This document shows positions 34,072 to 35,137 of a DNA stretch of 35,137 nucleotides, in pieces. Both the position numbers and the translations under genes were made by a program. Under the pieces are notes generated by a model. That model had not been told where the DNA came from and did no database searches. It saw only the letters and a program-made list of their open reading frames with translations. Where the stretch lies: the NCBI GenBank assembly GCA_002793435.1, contig PFQF01000028.1, forward strand, positions 1-35,137, in the 5' to 3' direction. This DNA is from Candidatus Berkelbacteria bacterium CG_4_10_14_0_2_um_filter_35_9_33_12. GTDB taxonomy: Bacteria > Patescibacteriota > UBA1384 > GWA2-35-9. Every line of letters starts with the position of its first letter. The first letter of the stretch is position 1.

Positions 34072-35137
34072 TTAATGATATCGCTTCATCAGCAACGAGT
34101 TAGAGACAACGCTGACCGATGAAAACGCCATCGCTCCGGCGGCGATCATTGGATTTAAAAGTAATCCAGTTAGTGGGTAAAGAACTCCAGCGGCGATTGG
34201 AATGCCGACAATATTATAAAAAAACGCCCAAAAAAGATTTTGCTTGATTTTTTTGAGTGTGTAGGCGGACAAACGGATCGCTTCCACCACATCGCCAACA
34301 TCGTTTCTCATCAGCACAATCTCGCCGGTTTCAAGAGCAATGTCGGAACCGGATCGCATCGCAATACCAAGATCGGCTTGGGCGATCGCCGGTGCGTCGT
34401 TAACACCATCTCCGACAAATGCCACTGCCAACTTTTGGTTGGAATTTCTAATTTCTAATTTCGAATTTCTAAACAAATCTAAATTACTAAAATTCAAATC
34501 ATCCAATTTTTTTTGTTTAGGATTTAGAGTTTCGAATTTAGAGTTTGTCTGTAACTGCTTGATAATATTGGCTTTTTCGCTGGGCAAGATTTGAGCAAAG
34601 ACCAAATCAATGCCGAGTTTTTTGGCTACCGCATTACCGACCCGCTGGTTATCGCCGGTGATTATAGCAGTTTTTATACCCATACTATGTAATTTTTTAA
34701 TTGCTGGTTTTGAACTATTTTTAACAACATCAGCAACCGCAATTAAGGCGATGACTTCTCCATCGTATGCAACCATCATTACCGTCTTTCCCATTTCTTC
34801 CAGCTCAACCATTTGCTTTTCGGCATTATTGATAATTTTTTTATCCAGTAATAATTTGCGTGTTCCAACAATTAATTGCTTATTGTCGTAATAGCCAATC
34901 ACTCCACCACCGGGAACCGAATCAAACTTTTCAATTTTATGCAATTTAATTTTTTTGTCTTTAGCACTATTAACAATGGCGCTCGCCAACGGATGCTCGG
35001 AGTTTTTTTCAAGCGACGCCGCCAATTGCAACGCTTTATCTTTATTTTTGATATTTTTATTCGAAATTAGAATTATATCGGTCAATTTTGGTTCGCCAAT
35101 TGTTAGTGTGCCGGTCTTGTCAAAAACTACCATCGTA
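34072..35137 (-). CDS. copA: Cu(I)-type P1B ATPase, 5'-truncated by the window edge
   Basis: DKTGT, SEHPLA, TGDN, GDGVNDAP, TM motifs YN (WAFFYN) and MAFSS. Confidence 0.9.
   Translation of the reverse strand, partial: TMVVFDKTGTLTIGEPKLTDIILISNKNIKNKDKALQLAASLEKNSEHPLASAIVNSAKDKKIKLHKIEKFDSVPGGGVIGYYDNKQLIVGTRKLLLDKKIINNAEKQMVELEEMGKTVMMVAYDGEVIALIAVADVVKNSSKPAIKKLHSMGIKTAIITGDNQRVGNAVAKKLGIDLVFAQILPSEKANIIKQLQTNSKFETLNPKQKKLDDLNFSNLDLFRNSKLEIRNSNQKLAVAFVGDGVNDAPAIAQADLGIAMRSGSDIALETGEIVLMRNDVGDVVEAIRLSAYTLKKIKQNLFWAFFYNIVGIPIAAGVLYPLTGLLLNPMIAAGAMAFSSVSVVSNSLLMKRYH
34441..34547. repeat. Heptamer-unit palindromic repeat inserted in frame in copA
   Basis: AATTTCT AATTTCT AATTTCG AATTTCT AAACAAAT..TTTGTTT AGGATTT AGAGTTT CGAATTT AGAGTTT; encodes NSKFETLNPKQKKLDDLNFSNLDLFRNSKLEIRNS. 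Confidence 0.88.

Noticed and set aside
193-35070. Remaining 60-140-aa ORFs overlapping recognised genes on the opposite strand or in another frame
   Set aside because: Nested in or largely overlapping well-supported genes, with no motifs or expression signals.
31284-35137. tRNA-anchored genomic island
   Set aside because: The accessory genes lie on the tRNA 5' side; no integrase and no duplicated tRNA 3' end seen.

Overview
AT-rich bacterial chromosome segment spanning the replication origin. Gene content (short ValRS, MurE lacking its N-terminal domain, tandem VirB2/TrbC-like pilins, DUF5674-like pair) suggests a Patescibacteria/CPR genome using code 11; this is inference. Backbone: recF-dnaN-[oriC]-dnaA on minus; rpmH-rnpA-yidD-yidC, tsaD, valS, murE, femAB-like, TPR, hsp20, lepB, rpsO, pnp, three pilins, pilB/gspE (minus), ftsK, rodZ-like, recA, ppsA, rarA, tRNA-Ser(GGA), an SDR, small genes and a partial CopA. 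Most notable: (1) a dispersed family of ~130-bp palindromes built from 7-bp units that fill intergenic gaps, supply stop codons and sit in frame inside ValRS, TsaD and CopA; (2) a second, 9-bp-unit repeat family centred on a frameshifted four-helix-bundle (Avd-like) gene and bracketing an island of NYN nuclease, truncated RNase J and a GC-rich orphan ORF with a structured 3' region; (3) an unannotated 41-aa, 13-Cys metallothionein-like ORF near copA; (4) seven genes with a leaderless-type -10/start spacing; (5) a Bacillus-like DnaA-box/DnaA-trio unwinding element. All calls come from reading the sequence by eye; no searches were run.
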